64,000 nucleotides of DNA from Candidatus Brocadiia bacterium. Its GTDB lineage: Bacteria > Planctomycetota > Brocadiia > SM23-32. The DNA lies in contig JBKHIT010000001.1 of NCBI GenBank assembly GCA_046538485.1, positions 96,001 through 160,000 of the forward strand, given 5' to 3'. The position numbers and the translations under genes were made by a program. Of this stretch, positions 34,523 to 44,528 are shown piece after piece. How positions within the stretch are numbered: position 1 is the stretch's first letter; each line of letters opens with the position of its first letter. The notes under the pieces were generated by a model that was given only the letters and a program-made list of their open reading frames with translations, searched no databases and had not been told where the DNA came from.

Positions 34523-35992
34523 CTAAGGATGTATCATTTCCACAGCCAAATCCAGTCTTCGGAGAGTATTTTCGACGCTGATCTCGCCGTTCAAGAAAGG
34601 CGCCCTGAAGCTCAAACTTTTTTCCAACCGATCCGAACCGGCTTCCTGCCACCTGAGCGTGCTGGATTTGAGAGCTGCATGGACACCTTTTTCACCAGCC
34701 GGATGTCGGGCCAGCCACTCATCAGAAAGCGCCACGTCTCGAAGAACCGAGGGATTGCCGGGAACCTCCCCAAACTTTCGCTGGACCTCCGAGGAACACA
34801 GATATCGACACAGGTCCAATGCTGCGCCGGGTTCGTCGGTCTCTTTTCGAATCGCAAGTAAAACCAGGTAGGCTTTTATCCGACAATCGGCGGCCACCGG
34901 AACCGGATCTGCCGACCATGAGAAATCGGCTTCCCTCTGGAAACGCGGCACCTCAAAACTGCAATGATGGTGGAACGCCAGACGTCCCTCCAGAAACAGG
35001 CCGCTCGTTGCGCCCTCTTTCGCAGGCTCAAACTGGCCGGCGCGGAAAGATTCGAGAACTTCCCGTGCCCGTTCTCTGTCGAGTTGGATCTGTCCGTCCC
35101 CCAGATACAATGCCCCCGTCGCCATTAACCAATCGACAAATCCCGTCAGAACCAGCCCATGCGGGGGCTTTTCGCCTGCATCAAAACAGCGATTGACCGC
35201 CCTTGCGCGGTCCATGACCTGTTGCCACGTCGTCGGCGCATCGGTCGGGACTTCGGCTTCCTGAAGCAGATCAAGATTCCTGAAAAGAAAGTGAAGGGTC
35301 AGTGAAAACGGCAACCCCGGCAGCTCCTCCCGCCGGGAAACCCAATCCGCCACGACCTGCAGGAGTTCGTCGCGATCCCCGCCCAGAGCCTCATAGGAGG
35401 GAAACGAAAGAAAATCCTCGGTCCCGAGGTGATTGATAATCTCCGGCGTGGTCTGGATAATATCCACCGACCGATCGGCCAGGATATCTTCGATATGGCC
35501 GTCCCGGCCCGTAAGCAGTTCGCATTCCACCGACCGGCTCCGTCCCTCAAACTCGTCCAGCACATCCCGCCAGATATCGATGTTGCGGGGAAGCAGTTCC
35601 GATACGTAAACGGTCAGCCCTGCCGTGCGAACACGCGGAGCCAGAAGCTCGCTTACTGAATTCGGCTTTGTCGCCTCCTGAGCCGGACGGGAGTCTGAGG
35701 ATTCTTCTCCAACCAACTGCGGGGCATTCTCCGCAACAAACGATCCGCTACGCCGTCGCGTGTAGATAAGTTCCTGCTCTTTGAGTTTCTCAACCGCTTC
35801 AACGGCAACCGTCTGGCTGACTCCGTACAGATCCTGCATCTCGCGCAAAGAAACCAGCCTGTCTCCCGCCGTCAGCTCCCCCGCCGCGATACGCCGTCGG
35901 ACATCATCTACGATCGTATCGCACTTACGCGGACGCTTCAGAGACGTCTCAACACCATTCCGCTCCTGCTGGTCCACCGTCGAACCTGCCAT
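34523..35992 (-). CDS. GntR-family regulator fused to a sugar-type solute-binding domain
   Basis: wHTH (AGDRLVSLREM..YGVSQ..RRRSGSFV) followed by an SBP-like region (GLPFS..LFRNLDLL..PTTW..FLEGRLAF). GGAGG precedes ATG 35992. Confidence 0.8.
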   Translation of the reverse strand: MAGSTVDQQERNGVETSLKRPRKCDTIVDDVRRRIAAGELTAGDRLVSLREMQDLYGVSQTVAVEAVEKLKEQELIYTRRRSGSFVAENAPQLVGEESSDSRPAQEATKPNSVSELLAPRVRTAGLTVYVSELLPRNIDIWRDVLDEFEGRSRSVECELLTGRDGHIEDILADRSVDIIQTTPEIINHLGTEDFLSFPSYEALGGDRDELLQVVADWVSRREELPGLPFSLTLHFLFRNLDLLQEAEVPTDAPTTWQQVMDRARAVNRCFDAGEKPPHGLVLTGFVDWLMATGALYLGDGQIQLDRERAREVLESFRAGQFEPAKEGATSGLFLEGRLAFHHHCSFEVPRFQREADFSWSADPVPVAADCRIKAYLVLLAIRKETDEPGAALDLCRYLCSSEVQRKFGEVPGNPSVLRDVALSDEWLARHPAGEKGVHAALKSSTLRWQEAGSDRLEKSLSFRAPFLNGEISVENTLRRLDLAVEMIHP

Positions 35993-36035
35993 AAGGCCTC
36001 CCAATCTGTGTATTCTCTGCACCCTTTCTGTATAT

Positions 36036-36064
36036 ATACTACCCTTTTTGTGCGTTTTTGTCAA
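36036..36064 (-). promoter_or_regulatory. Sigma70-type promoter for the GntR/prepilin-type cluster
   Basis: Minus strand reads TTGACA-17 nt-TAGTAT. Confidence 0.65.
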
Positions 36065-36152
36065 CCTGTTTTTGCTCGTATATGGTCCATAATAGTTCCC
36101 GAAGTCCAGCACTGGCGGCCGAGGCGGACAATTTGCCGGTGGTTCCACGGGC

Positions 36153-36187
36153 AAGGGACAGAAGGGACTTAAGGGACGAAAGGGACT
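36153..36187 (+). repeat. Four tandem 9-bp units AAGGGACNN
   Basis: aagggacag aagggactt aagggacga aagggact. Confidence 0.8.
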
Positions 36188-36526
36188 CGGTGTTTCCTGT
36201 CGCGTTCCCTGACATGACCCATGAGCAGACTGGGCTTCAGCACCACTACGGCGACAACCTCAAAAGTTTCACCTTCCATACGTTGCTGGACCGTTTTGGT
36301 CATGCACGTGACAGAATCTGCCTCTCCCCCAAACCACCGCGAAGCATTGATCTCCGCCTTCTTTGTAAGCGGGAGCATGGGCACCCAGTATACCCCCGTC
36401 TCCAAAAATGCCAATTTTGATCCTGTCTTTCACAACTCCCTTTTTCTTTTTTTGTTGTCGGATTACAATTCCCGTCTATTTTGTCAACCTTTCCCCTCGC
36501 AAACATGAGAAGATCCTGGGTATTTC

Positions 36527-38392
36527 TTACCGCAACAGTTCATGCGAAAGCTGCACCACCAGGCAGCCCATGATAGCACGAGCAACACCCTTCTCTCCGT
36601 TGCGGTGCCGCTCCAGAAGTTGCTCTACGCCAGCCGGGCTGAAATAACCCTTTTGGCGAAGCACTTTTTCGGAAAGCATCTCCCTGGCAAATTCTGGCAG
36701 GGGCCCGCGCAACCATACGCGATAGGGAGATTGAAGGGCACGTTTCTTCCGGTTAGCAATCCTGGCTGGCAAAAACCTCCTGGCAACTTCCCTCAGTATT
36801 TGTTTGCGGAGCCCGACCGGTCGCGCCGGCGGAGGGGGGATCCGCGCGCAAAGTTCCAACAGTTCATGATCCAGAAACGGCAATCGGGTTTCCACAGAAT
36901 ACGCCATGGCATCATGGTCATTCATTCGCAGAACAAAATCCGGCAACCGCACTTTAATATCAAAAAACTGCAGTTGACGAAACGGATGCCACCGGCGAAA
37001 ATCCTTCGGCAAAGCCTCCATTACGTCATCATAGTTCGTTTTGGCAATCATTTCCCGAAAACTATCCGAAAACAATTGCTTAAAAGAAGGTGGCCGTGGT
37101 GCAACGAGGGCTCGGAATTTCTCCAAATCAATCTTTCCAGCGCTGGCAAGAATCCGGGCGGGAAGCTTGAAGAGGTTCGGAAGTCGCTCCCCCAGGAAGC
37201 TAAACTGACGTAACCAGCGTGGCAGCAAGGAAAACGGTCTCAAGAGCGCTTCTCTTTGATAGTAAGAGTAGCCTCCGAATACTTCATCCGATCCCTCGCC
37301 GGTCATGGCTACTTTAAATTTCTGCGAAGTTGCACGTGCCAGAAGCAGTTGCACGATCTCAATTCCTGTCGCGCTCATATTCTCACACTGCCGTACCGCT
37401 TGTGGCAGCATCTCGAAGTGTTCAATCCGAACGGGAACTTTGTGGTTGTAAGGAGAAAAATCCGCGTGATCCGCCAGGGTAAACTGGTAACTGAATTCAT
37501 CGCGGCGGGAGGCTTCGAAGTCCAGTGAAAATGTATGCACAGGCTCCGCTTGTTCCTGTGCCATCAGCGCAGCAATCGTGCTCGAATCGACCCCACCACT
37601 AAGCCAGGCCGCTGCGGGCACGTCGCTACGCAGATGAACATGCACGGTCTCACGCAGTTTGTCTTCAAGGGCATCCACCCATTCCCCCCATCCGCGCACA
37701 GAGCGCTGACGAGGAGAAGCCGGGAACTCCCAGTAGCGGCGGATCGATATCCGGCCATTACGATAAACCATACAGTTACCCGGCCGGAGCATATTGACCT
37801 CTTCGAGAATGGTGTGCGGCGCCAGGATATAACCAAATTCAAAGAGATCCCGGATGGCACGAGGATCCAGTCTCTCCGTCAAATCCACTGACTGCCGAAG
37901 CGCTTTCATCTCCGAGGCAAAATGCATTCCAGAGGAAGAATGCACATAGTAAAGAGGCTTGATCCCCAGCCGATCACGACCAAGCACGAGCTTTCGCTGG
38001 CTGCTATCCCAGAGTGCAAACGCAAACATGCCGCGTAACGACTCAACAAACTGGAGCCCCTGCTCCTCATACAGATGCACCATGACTTCAACATCGCAGG
38101 ACGACGAAAATTCATGGCCGCCCTTCAAGAGTTCTTCCCGGAGTTCCGGCGCATTATAAATCTCCCCATTGCAAACGAGTGCAACTGTGTCATTTTCATT
38201 GTAAAAAGGTTGTTGTCCTCGGGGCAGATCAATAATTGCCAGTCGGCAAGCGCCGAACCCAATCCCTGCATCATGATAGAAACCGCTGCTGTCGGGGCCA
38301 CGATGACCGAGTATTTTTGCCATCCTCTCTAACTGTTCGACTGAAACATCCCGGTCTGGATCGGAGAAAGCCATCCCAAAAATTCCACACAT
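36527..38392 (-). CDS. asnB: Asparagine synthase (glutamine-hydrolysing) family amidotransferase
   Basis: MCGIFG Ntn start, HRGPD, NGEIYN, RDRLGIKPLY, LSGGVDSS, TGEGSDEVFGGY. Confidence 0.9.
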   Translation of the reverse strand: MCGIFGMAFSDPDRDVSVEQLERMAKILGHRGPDSSGFYHDAGIGFGACRLAIIDLPRGQQPFYNENDTVALVCNGEIYNAPELREELLKGGHEFSSSCDVEVMVHLYEEQGLQFVESLRGMFAFALWDSSQRKLVLGRDRLGIKPLYYVHSSSGMHFASEMKALRQSVDLTERLDPRAIRDLFEFGYILAPHTILEEVNMLRPGNCMVYRNGRISIRRYWEFPASPRQRSVRGWGEWVDALEDKLRETVHVHLRSDVPAAAWLSGGVDSSTIAALMAQEQAEPVHTFSLDFEASRRDEFSYQFTLADHADFSPYNHKVPVRIEHFEMLPQAVRQCENMSATGIEIVQLLLARATSQKFKVAMTGEGSDEVFGGYSYYQREALLRPFSLLPRWLRQFSFLGERLPNLFKLPARILASAGKIDLEKFRALVAPRPPSFKQLFSDSFREMIAKTNYDDVMEALPKDFRRWHPFRQLQFFDIKVRLPDFVLRMNDHDAMAYSVETRLPFLDHELLELCARIPPPPARPVGLRKQILREVARRFLPARIANRKKRALQSPYRVWLRGPLPEFAREMLSEKVLRQKGYFSPAGVEQLLERHRNGEKGVARAIMGCLVVQLSHELLR

Positions 38393-38492
38393 ATGTATAA
38401 CTCTCCTATGCCGGTCTTTGCTCCGTCCACCCGGGGGAACTTACAGATTTCAAATCACCGAGTTTTGCTGTCGGCGCATCGCTGAATCATAT

Positions 38493-39200
38493 CTACGTTT
38501 CCCTGTCGTGTTCGAACAGCAATGCAGGCTCAAAACCCACGTGATCCGCACTCACGCAACGGTATTCAACACCACCTGTATTCCCTTCCATTGCGTCCTG
38601 TCTCGCTTCGCCATGCAGATGGCCGTAGACAACCCAGTTTATCCCTGCATCCGACACCATTTCACAGACCTGGGACCTGCGCTCGCGCGTCAGCGGCGGA
38701 TAATGGGACATGGCAACGGCCACTTCCCAATCAAGTTTCGAAAGTGCGGTCAAAGAAAGCTCAAATCGCTCAAGTGCCCGATCCCAGTGTTTGCGATCAT
38801 TGTCCTCAACATACTCAGGGTACCCGGGCCAAGGCCAGCCCCGCACTCCACAGATTCCGATTCCCTGGTAGACATGAGCGTCAAATCGCACGAGATGCAG
38901 CGTGGGATCCAGGACGGATCGGACCTTCTTGGGACCCGAAAGCCAAAAGTCATGGTTGCCCCGGATAAAGTACTTTTGTCCGGGCAGCGACCCAATAAAA
39001 TTCAGGTCAGGCTTCGCTTCTTCCAACCGCATTGCCCAGCTCAAATCCCCCGGAATTAAAACAAGATCGTCACTCTCAACTTCCTGCTGCCAGTTTTTTT
39101 TTATTTTCGCGGGGTGGTCGGTCCATTCTTCCCCGAATATATCCATCGGCTTATCCACAGCGAATGAAAGGTGCAGATCGCCGATTCCGAAAATTCGCAT
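38493..39200 (-). CDS. Metallophosphoesterase
   Basis: GDLH, PGDLSW, RGNHD, HYPP, YGHLH. Confidence 0.9.
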   Translation of the reverse strand: MRIFGIGDLHLSFAVDKPMDIFGEEWTDHPAKIKKNWQQEVESDDLVLIPGDLSWAMRLEEAKPDLNFIGSLPGQKYFIRGNHDFWLSGPKKVRSVLDPTLHLVRFDAHVYQGIGICGVRGWPWPGYPEYVEDNDRKHWDRALERFELSLTALSKLDWEVAVAMSHYPPLTRERRSQVCEMVSDAGINWVVYGHLHGEARQDAMEGNTGGVEYRCVSADHVGFEPALLFEHDRET

Positions 39201-39388
39201 CAGTAACTCTCCATATCACAGCCGGGAAATCCCGGCCACAACGCTTGCTGTCCCGCATTTCGCTCAGATAACCGTGCGATATATCTACAATGAGCAACAC
39301 GGGCAAGTAAAATCATTGCTTGCCCGTGCCACACGAAACACCTCAACGTCCGGTTGGCTCCGTTCATCGGCCGATCAGATGTCGGAAA

Positions 39389-39769
39389 TCATTCCTCTTT
39401 TTCTTCACCTTCCCGGCGCGATATTCCTCCTTTGCTGACTTCCATGCGGACATTGTTGTCTTTATCGATCAGGAGGATGAAAGAATCCTCCTTAACTTTT
39501 ACAATCTCTCCGTGAATGCCTCCTATCGACACAACGCGTTCGTTCTCGCCCAGGCTGTCCAGCATTTCCTGGCGTTCCTGTTTTCGTTTTTTATCCGAAC
39601 GATGGGTCAACCAGAAAAACACAATAACAATCAGTACCATTGGCACGAAAAAGGAGAGGCCCGCGCCGCCTCCTCCGCCTCCGTCAGGTTGTCCCCCGCC
39701 TCCATTCGCGCCAGCGAAAATTAACAGATGCTTCCCGAGCTGTGTCAACATATCAGACGTTCCTTTCAA
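39389..39769 (-). CDS. yajC: Preprotein translocase subunit YajC
   Basis: One TM helix, then MLDSLGENERVVSIGGIHGEIV; follows tgt. Start uncertain. Confidence 0.88.
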   Translation of the reverse strand: MKGTSDMLTQLGKHLLIFAGANGGGGQPDGGGGGGAGLSFFVPMVLIVIVFFWLTHRSDKKRKQERQEMLDSLGENERVVSIGGIHGEIVKVKEDSFILLIDKDNNVRMEVSKGGISRREGEEKEE

Positions 39770-40869
39770 TCAGCGTACCGGCTCAAAAACTCGCTGCAAA
39801 ACGACGCAAATGAATTGGCATTGATCGCATCTCGCGCCGCCAGCATCATGCGGTGGTAAAACTGGATATTGTGAATGGTCAAAAGAATTGGCCCGAGCAT
39901 TTCCTGAGCGCGAAATAGATGGCTCAGGTATGCGCGAGAGTATAACCGGCACGTTAAACAATCGCAAGCCTCCTCAATCGGGCGCTTGTCGTCCTGGAAT
40001 GCGCTGTTCCTCAACCTTAGACGCCCCTCTTCGGTAAAAGCCGTGGCATTCCTGCCCATACGGCTCGGAGCGACACAATCGAATAGATCGAGCCCTTGCC
40101 CGACCGCATGAAGTAAATCGCTCGGGAAACCGACTCCCATCAGATAACGCGGCTTCTCTTCCGGCAACATCGGCGTCGTGAATCCAACGACTTTTCGCCG
40201 CGAGGATTTGTCTTCACCCACACTGACGCCACCGATCGCATATCCGTCAAAATCCAGATCCTCCAGGCATTCGGCGCAATCCTTTCTGAGTTGTTCAAAC
40301 TCCCCACCCTGAACGATGCCGAAAAGCGCCTGATTCTTTTTGCTATGAGTTTCCTTACACATTTCCGCCCATTTCAGGGTGCGATCGACCGCCGCTTCTG
40401 CCGTCTCACGAGAACATGGACAGGGCGGGCACTCATCGAAAGTCATTGCTATATCTGAGCCCAACTTGCCCTGAATCTCGATAGCTTCTTTGGGCCCAAG
40501 AAACATCAAAGAACCGTCTCGCGGGCTTCGGAACTCAACGCCATCGCTGTTTATCTCCCGCAGCTCAGAAAGCGAAAACACCTGGTAGCCACCACTATCG
40601 GTTAGAATCGGCCGATCCCAGCCCATGAACCGATGCAGCCCGCCCTGTTCCTGAATCCGCTCTGAGCCCGGTTGCAATTCGAGATGGTAAGCATTTGCCA
40701 GCACGAACTGGCTGCCGCAATCCATCAAACGGTCCGAAGGAACCCCTTTCACTGCTGCTGAAGTTCCAACCGGGGCGAAAGCCGGCGTTTCGATCGTCCC
40801 ATGTATCACCTCAAGACGGCCCGTCCGGGCGGAACTGGATGTGTCGCGATTCTCCAACTCAAATCTCAT
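39766..40869 (-). CDS. tgt: tRNA-guanine transglycosylase
   Basis: TPAFAPVGT, TDSGGYQVFSL, GIVQGG, KPRYLMGVG, DLFDCV, CDCLTC zinc site. Confidence 0.96.
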   Translation of the reverse strand: MRFELENRDTSSSARTGRLEVIHGTIETPAFAPVGTSAAVKGVPSDRLMDCGSQFVLANAYHLELQPGSERIQEQGGLHRFMGWDRPILTDSGGYQVFSLSELREINSDGVEFRSPRDGSLMFLGPKEAIEIQGKLGSDIAMTFDECPPCPCSRETAEAAVDRTLKWAEMCKETHSKKNQALFGIVQGGEFEQLRKDCAECLEDLDFDGYAIGGVSVGEDKSSRRKVVGFTTPMLPEEKPRYLMGVGFPSDLLHAVGQGLDLFDCVAPSRMGRNATAFTEEGRLRLRNSAFQDDKRPIEEACDCLTCRLYSRAYLSHLFRAQEMLGPILLTIHNIQFYHRMMLAARDAINANSFASFCSEFLSRYAD

Positions 40870-40900
40870 GAAAACTGTTCTCCGTCACGCTGGCTAAATT

Positions 40901-42124
40901 CTACGGGTTCTCCACCGGCGTCAGACTCGCCCCGGGGTAATAATGCAACAGAATATCTTCACAGGATTTGCCGTTTTCGGCCAATCCTCTTGCGCCCCAC
41001 TGGCATAAACCCACTCCATGGCCCCATCCGCGACCCGTAAAAGAAATATCATTCTTTCCGCTTTGGATATCAAAAATCGTGCTTTTGATTGTGTTTACTC
41101 CAACGGCCGATCGGAAGGTTTCTGCGGGCAACTTTCGGCTTTGATTGATAATAACGTTTTCAACACGTCCGCACCGGTCCGCACCGTCGGCACGAATCTG
41201 CTTAACTTGCGCCACTCCTCGTGAAGAAAGGGCAGCAATTATATCCGATCGTAAAAGGGTCGCCTGCCAGTGATAATGCGGGCTATTTTCGCATGTTCCA
41301 CAAGCCACGCCCTGAAGCGGTGGAATCTCCGGCTCACCAAAAACATCTTTAACCGACGACGTACACCCCCCACAGGTGCTGTGATAATAGCTCGGGGGCA
41401 AACGACCTTCCCATTTAAGCACCGTCCCACCTGTCATCTCGACGGACATATCGGTTCGGGGAGATTCAGCATTAAGACCTCTGTATGCCATATCGCTGGA
41501 ACGCAGATATGGCCGGCCTTGAAACTCAGTTCGATAAAGGGCAAAAGTTCGCGACGCCACGGCCTGCGCCATAAGTGCCTGCAGCGGCCAGTGACGGCCC
41601 ATCTCGCTGGGGACAACCGCGCGAATGTAATCCTCAAGCGCCACTTCCTCCGTGGCTTTCAGGTATTCTCCACTGGTTTCAATTATGAGTTCGCCCCGGT
41701 AATGGCGGTCCCCCAGCTGAAAAACGCTGTCTTCGGGAACAAATCGCACTTTGCTTGTGGGAGCGATTTCGCCGTCAACCTGCACCAGAAGATCGCTGAC
41801 CTGCACGTGAACCTCCCCTCCTGCGACCTGCTTTTCCCAGGTGTGAGACGGCTCTTCACGCCATAATCCACCCTCGGACGACCCAATTTGAAGCTCTGTT
41901 TCGGACGCCCGCAGCCTTACCTTGACTGTGCGCCCCGTTTTCATCGCCGGTGCCGGGGTCACAATAACCGGACGAGGTTCCTGGGTTTCCCGGGATCCAG
42001 GACAAAAAAGCACGATGCCTGCGCCGCCCCCCAAAAAAAGAACAAACAACCCGAAAATGCATAACTTCATACTCAGAGCGCGGTATATAGTTTTAGAAGA
42101 CCGTCGACTTTCCCGTTCAGCCAC
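40901..42124 (-). CDS. SpoIID/LytB-domain protein
   Basis: LEDYIRAVVPSEM, ALMAQAVASRTFA, YHSTCGG, GWGHGVGLCQWGA, ILLHYYPG. Confidence 0.9.
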   Translation of the reverse strand: MAERESRRSSKTIYRALSMKLCIFGLFVLFLGGGAGIVLFCPGSRETQEPRPVIVTPAPAMKTGRTVKVRLRASETELQIGSSEGGLWREEPSHTWEKQVAGGEVHVQVSDLLVQVDGEIAPTSKVRFVPEDSVFQLGDRHYRGELIIETSGEYLKATEEVALEDYIRAVVPSEMGRHWPLQALMAQAVASRTFALYRTEFQGRPYLRSSDMAYRGLNAESPRTDMSVEMTGGTVLKWEGRLPPSYYHSTCGGCTSSVKDVFGEPEIPPLQGVACGTCENSPHYHWQATLLRSDIIAALSSRGVAQVKQIRADGADRCGRVENVIINQSRKLPAETFRSAVGVNTIKSTIFDIQSGKNDISFTGRGWGHGVGLCQWGARGLAENGKSCEDILLHYYPGASLTPVENP

Positions 42125-42689
42125 TCGACTGACCTCCGCTCCCGCGATAGATATGTTTTTTTGTGTTTATATACCGGTCGTATTCACTGAAAATGCAGCC
42201 GCAGTACTGTTGTAGATACAAATTCATTGATTTCCCATCATCGTGATTCGGTTCGGCCAGATGACGCCAATCCCGGTACAAAAAGGCAATATCTTCCTCG
42301 TCTGCACACGCTTCACCGATTTCTCTCACCATGTTATGTTTTTGATGTTCACTCGCCAGCAATGTCGTCGTAAACGCATCAAATCCTTCTCCTGCCGCCA
42401 TGCGAGCCGTTTTTATCAGCCGCATCCGGTAACAGCCGCGACATCGGTTTCCCCCTTCCCAATCCACCTCTTTCAGGAAAGTGCGGAGTCCGTAATCTTC
42501 CTCGAACTCGACTTCGACCGGCAACCGATCCTGTAGAACTTTAACAGCTTTCAGACGACGTCGGAACTCGATCAGTGGGTGGATGTTCGGGTTGTAAAAA
42601 TAGGCTTTTACCTCGTGGGCATCCTCTGTCAGAACCCGCCACGGTCCAATTGTGCAGGGTCCACAACAAATGTGAAGCAGAATGCGCAC
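42117..42689 (-). CDS. queH: Epoxyqueuosine reductase QueH (DUF208)
   Basis: LLHICCGPC, FYNPNIHP, CRGCY, QQYCGCIFS; clustered with tgt. Confidence 0.9.
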   Translation of the reverse strand: MRILLHICCGPCTIGPWRVLTEDAHEVKAYFYNPNIHPLIEFRRRLKAVKVLQDRLPVEVEFEEDYGLRTFLKEVDWEGGNRCRGCYRMRLIKTARMAAGEGFDAFTTTLLASEHQKHNMVREIGEACADEEDIAFLYRDWRHLAEPNHDDGKSMNLYLQQYCGCIFSEYDRYINTKKHIYRGSGGQSSG

Positions 42690-42878
42690 AGCTTATCTCC
42701 TGACAAAAAATGCGGATTGCTTTTCAGTATAAGGCATTATCAGACGGGGAAACGAGTGGGACACACGCTCAATCAGGCTGAATCCCCTGGAACTTCTCCG
42801 AGCCTCCCTATCGAAGAAGTCTTAAGCGATCATTACTGCTTTCCTCAACACGTGATCTTAATGTCCCTTTCCCGGGAT

Positions 42879-43928
42879 TCACCAGAGATTTTCCTGCGGG
42901 CCAGTATCGGGTGCTTCGCCGGGGTCCAGATCGAGGTAATCGTATCCGCGTGGCGTGAGTAAACGTCCACGGGAAGTCTTCTCGAGCAGGCCCAACCGAA
43001 TGAGAAACGGTTCGTAAACGTCCTGGATGGTTTCTTCCTGTTCCCCCACAACCACGGCGATGGTTTTTAGTCCGATGGGCTTCCCGGCATTCTGCGCGAC
43101 GGCCAGCAGTATCCGCCGGTCCATTTCACAGAGTCCACTCTGGTCAATACCAAGCCTTTCCAAACCCTCGCGCGCAACGTCTTTCGTAATCTTCTCTTTG
43201 CCCTGAGCATGCGCAACGTCACGCACGCGCCGCAGAAATCGGTTTGCGACCCGGGGGGTTCCTCGTGCGCATGAGGCCAGCAGAGTTGCTCCTGATTCGC
43301 TGATTTCAAGCTTTAATTTTTCAGCGCTCTTCAAGATAATATTTTTCAATTCTTCTTCTGGATAGTAATCAAGCCGTTCGGAGATCTGGAACCGTGATCG
43401 GAGCGGAGGTGAGAGCAGGCCCTCGCGTGTGGTCGCCCCGATAAGTGTAAAAGGTTTCAGTGGAAGTGAAATTGAGCGGCTGTGGGGCCCCGGGTCGATC
43501 ACAATGGATATTTTGTAATCTTCCATCGCCGTATAGAGATATTCTTCAACACGCGCATCCATGCGGTGAACTTCATCGATAAACAGCGCATCCGCTTTTT
43601 GAAGATTCGTCAGTATTCCGACCAGATCCCGGGGTTTGCTGAGCGCAGGTCCGCTCGTGGCACGAATAGAAACGCCCATTTCATTGGCGAGGATATAAGC
43701 GAGAGTGGTCTTCCCCAACCCCGGCGGACCGCTCAGAAGAACGTGATCAAGGCTTTCTTCTCGTGTTCTGGCCCCTTCGATCCACGTCTTGAGATTTTCA
43801 ACAACTCCTCCCTGTCCGACGAATTCCTTGAAACTCCCCGGCCGCAGGGATGGCTCCACAACGCGGTCTTCTTCCTGTGGATAGCCCGAGTATATTGCGT
43901 CTTCGTCCATACTCATCGGGTAGGGCAC
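42879..43928 (-). CDS. ruvB: Holliday junction helicase RuvB
   Basis: SLRP, GPPGLGKTTLA, FIDEVHR, GATTREG, RGTPRVANR, YEPFL. Confidence 0.97.
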   Translation of the reverse strand: MPYPMSMDEDAIYSGYPQEEDRVVEPSLRPGSFKEFVGQGGVVENLKTWIEGARTREESLDHVLLSGPPGLGKTTLAYILANEMGVSIRATSGPALSKPRDLVGILTNLQKADALFIDEVHRMDARVEEYLYTAMEDYKISIVIDPGPHSRSISLPLKPFTLIGATTREGLLSPPLRSRFQISERLDYYPEEELKNIILKSAEKLKLEISESGATLLASCARGTPRVANRFLRRVRDVAHAQGKEKITKDVAREGLERLGIDQSGLCEMDRRILLAVAQNAGKPIGLKTIAVVVGEQEETIQDVYEPFLIRLGLLEKTSRGRLLTPRGYDYLDLDPGEAPDTGPQENLW

Positions 43929-43943
43929 AATCTCAATTAGGGT

Positions 43944-44522
43944 TTATTCGGCCAGCACCTCACGCATCAGCTCTTCTTCTCCGGCATCAGGCCCGAGTTT
44001 CTCGAGAGCATTTTCGACTATTTTGCGCGCGTTTTTTTCGCTTTCGCCCAGAGATATAAGGGCCTTCACAACATCCCCCGCTACGGGATTTGCGAGCAGT
44101 TGTTCCTGATCTTCGACCTCGGCCAATTCGCCTTTAAGTTCGAGCACGAGCCTCTGGGCCGTCTTCTTGCCCACCCCTTTCACCATGGAAGCAATCTGTT
44201 TAACATCGCCAGCGCCGATCAGAGATTTGAACTCTTCCACGGAGCAACTGCTGAGTACTTTGAGCGCTACTGAAGGTCCGATCCGCGTCACGTCGAGGAG
44301 GCGAACAAAAATCTGTCGTTCGGCTTCTGTGGCAAATCCGAACAGCTTCAATTGGTCTTCCCGCACGTACAGAAACGTAAAAAGCTGCACATTTTCGCCC
44401 GTCGCGGGCAAACCCGAAAAAGTCGAGATAGGCACATTTATGAGGAACCCAACTCCACCGACTTTAAGGGTAGCCTCGGTCGGGCTTTTCGAAGCAAGTG
44501 TCCCTTCCAGCGTATCAATCAT
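43944..44522 (-). CDS. ruvA: Holliday junction binding protein RuvA
   Basis: VGGVGF, VREDQLKLFGF, IGPSVAL, GVGKKTAQRLVLELK. Confidence 0.96.
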   Translation of the reverse strand: MIDTLEGTLASKSPTEATLKVGGVGFLINVPISTFSGLPATGENVQLFTFLYVREDQLKLFGFATEAERQIFVRLLDVTRIGPSVALKVLSSCSVEEFKSLIGAGDVKQIASMVKGVGKKTAQRLVLELKGELAEVEDQEQLLANPVAGDVVKALISLGESEKNARKIVENALEKLGPDAGEEELMREVLAE

Positions 44523-44528
44523 ACCGAA

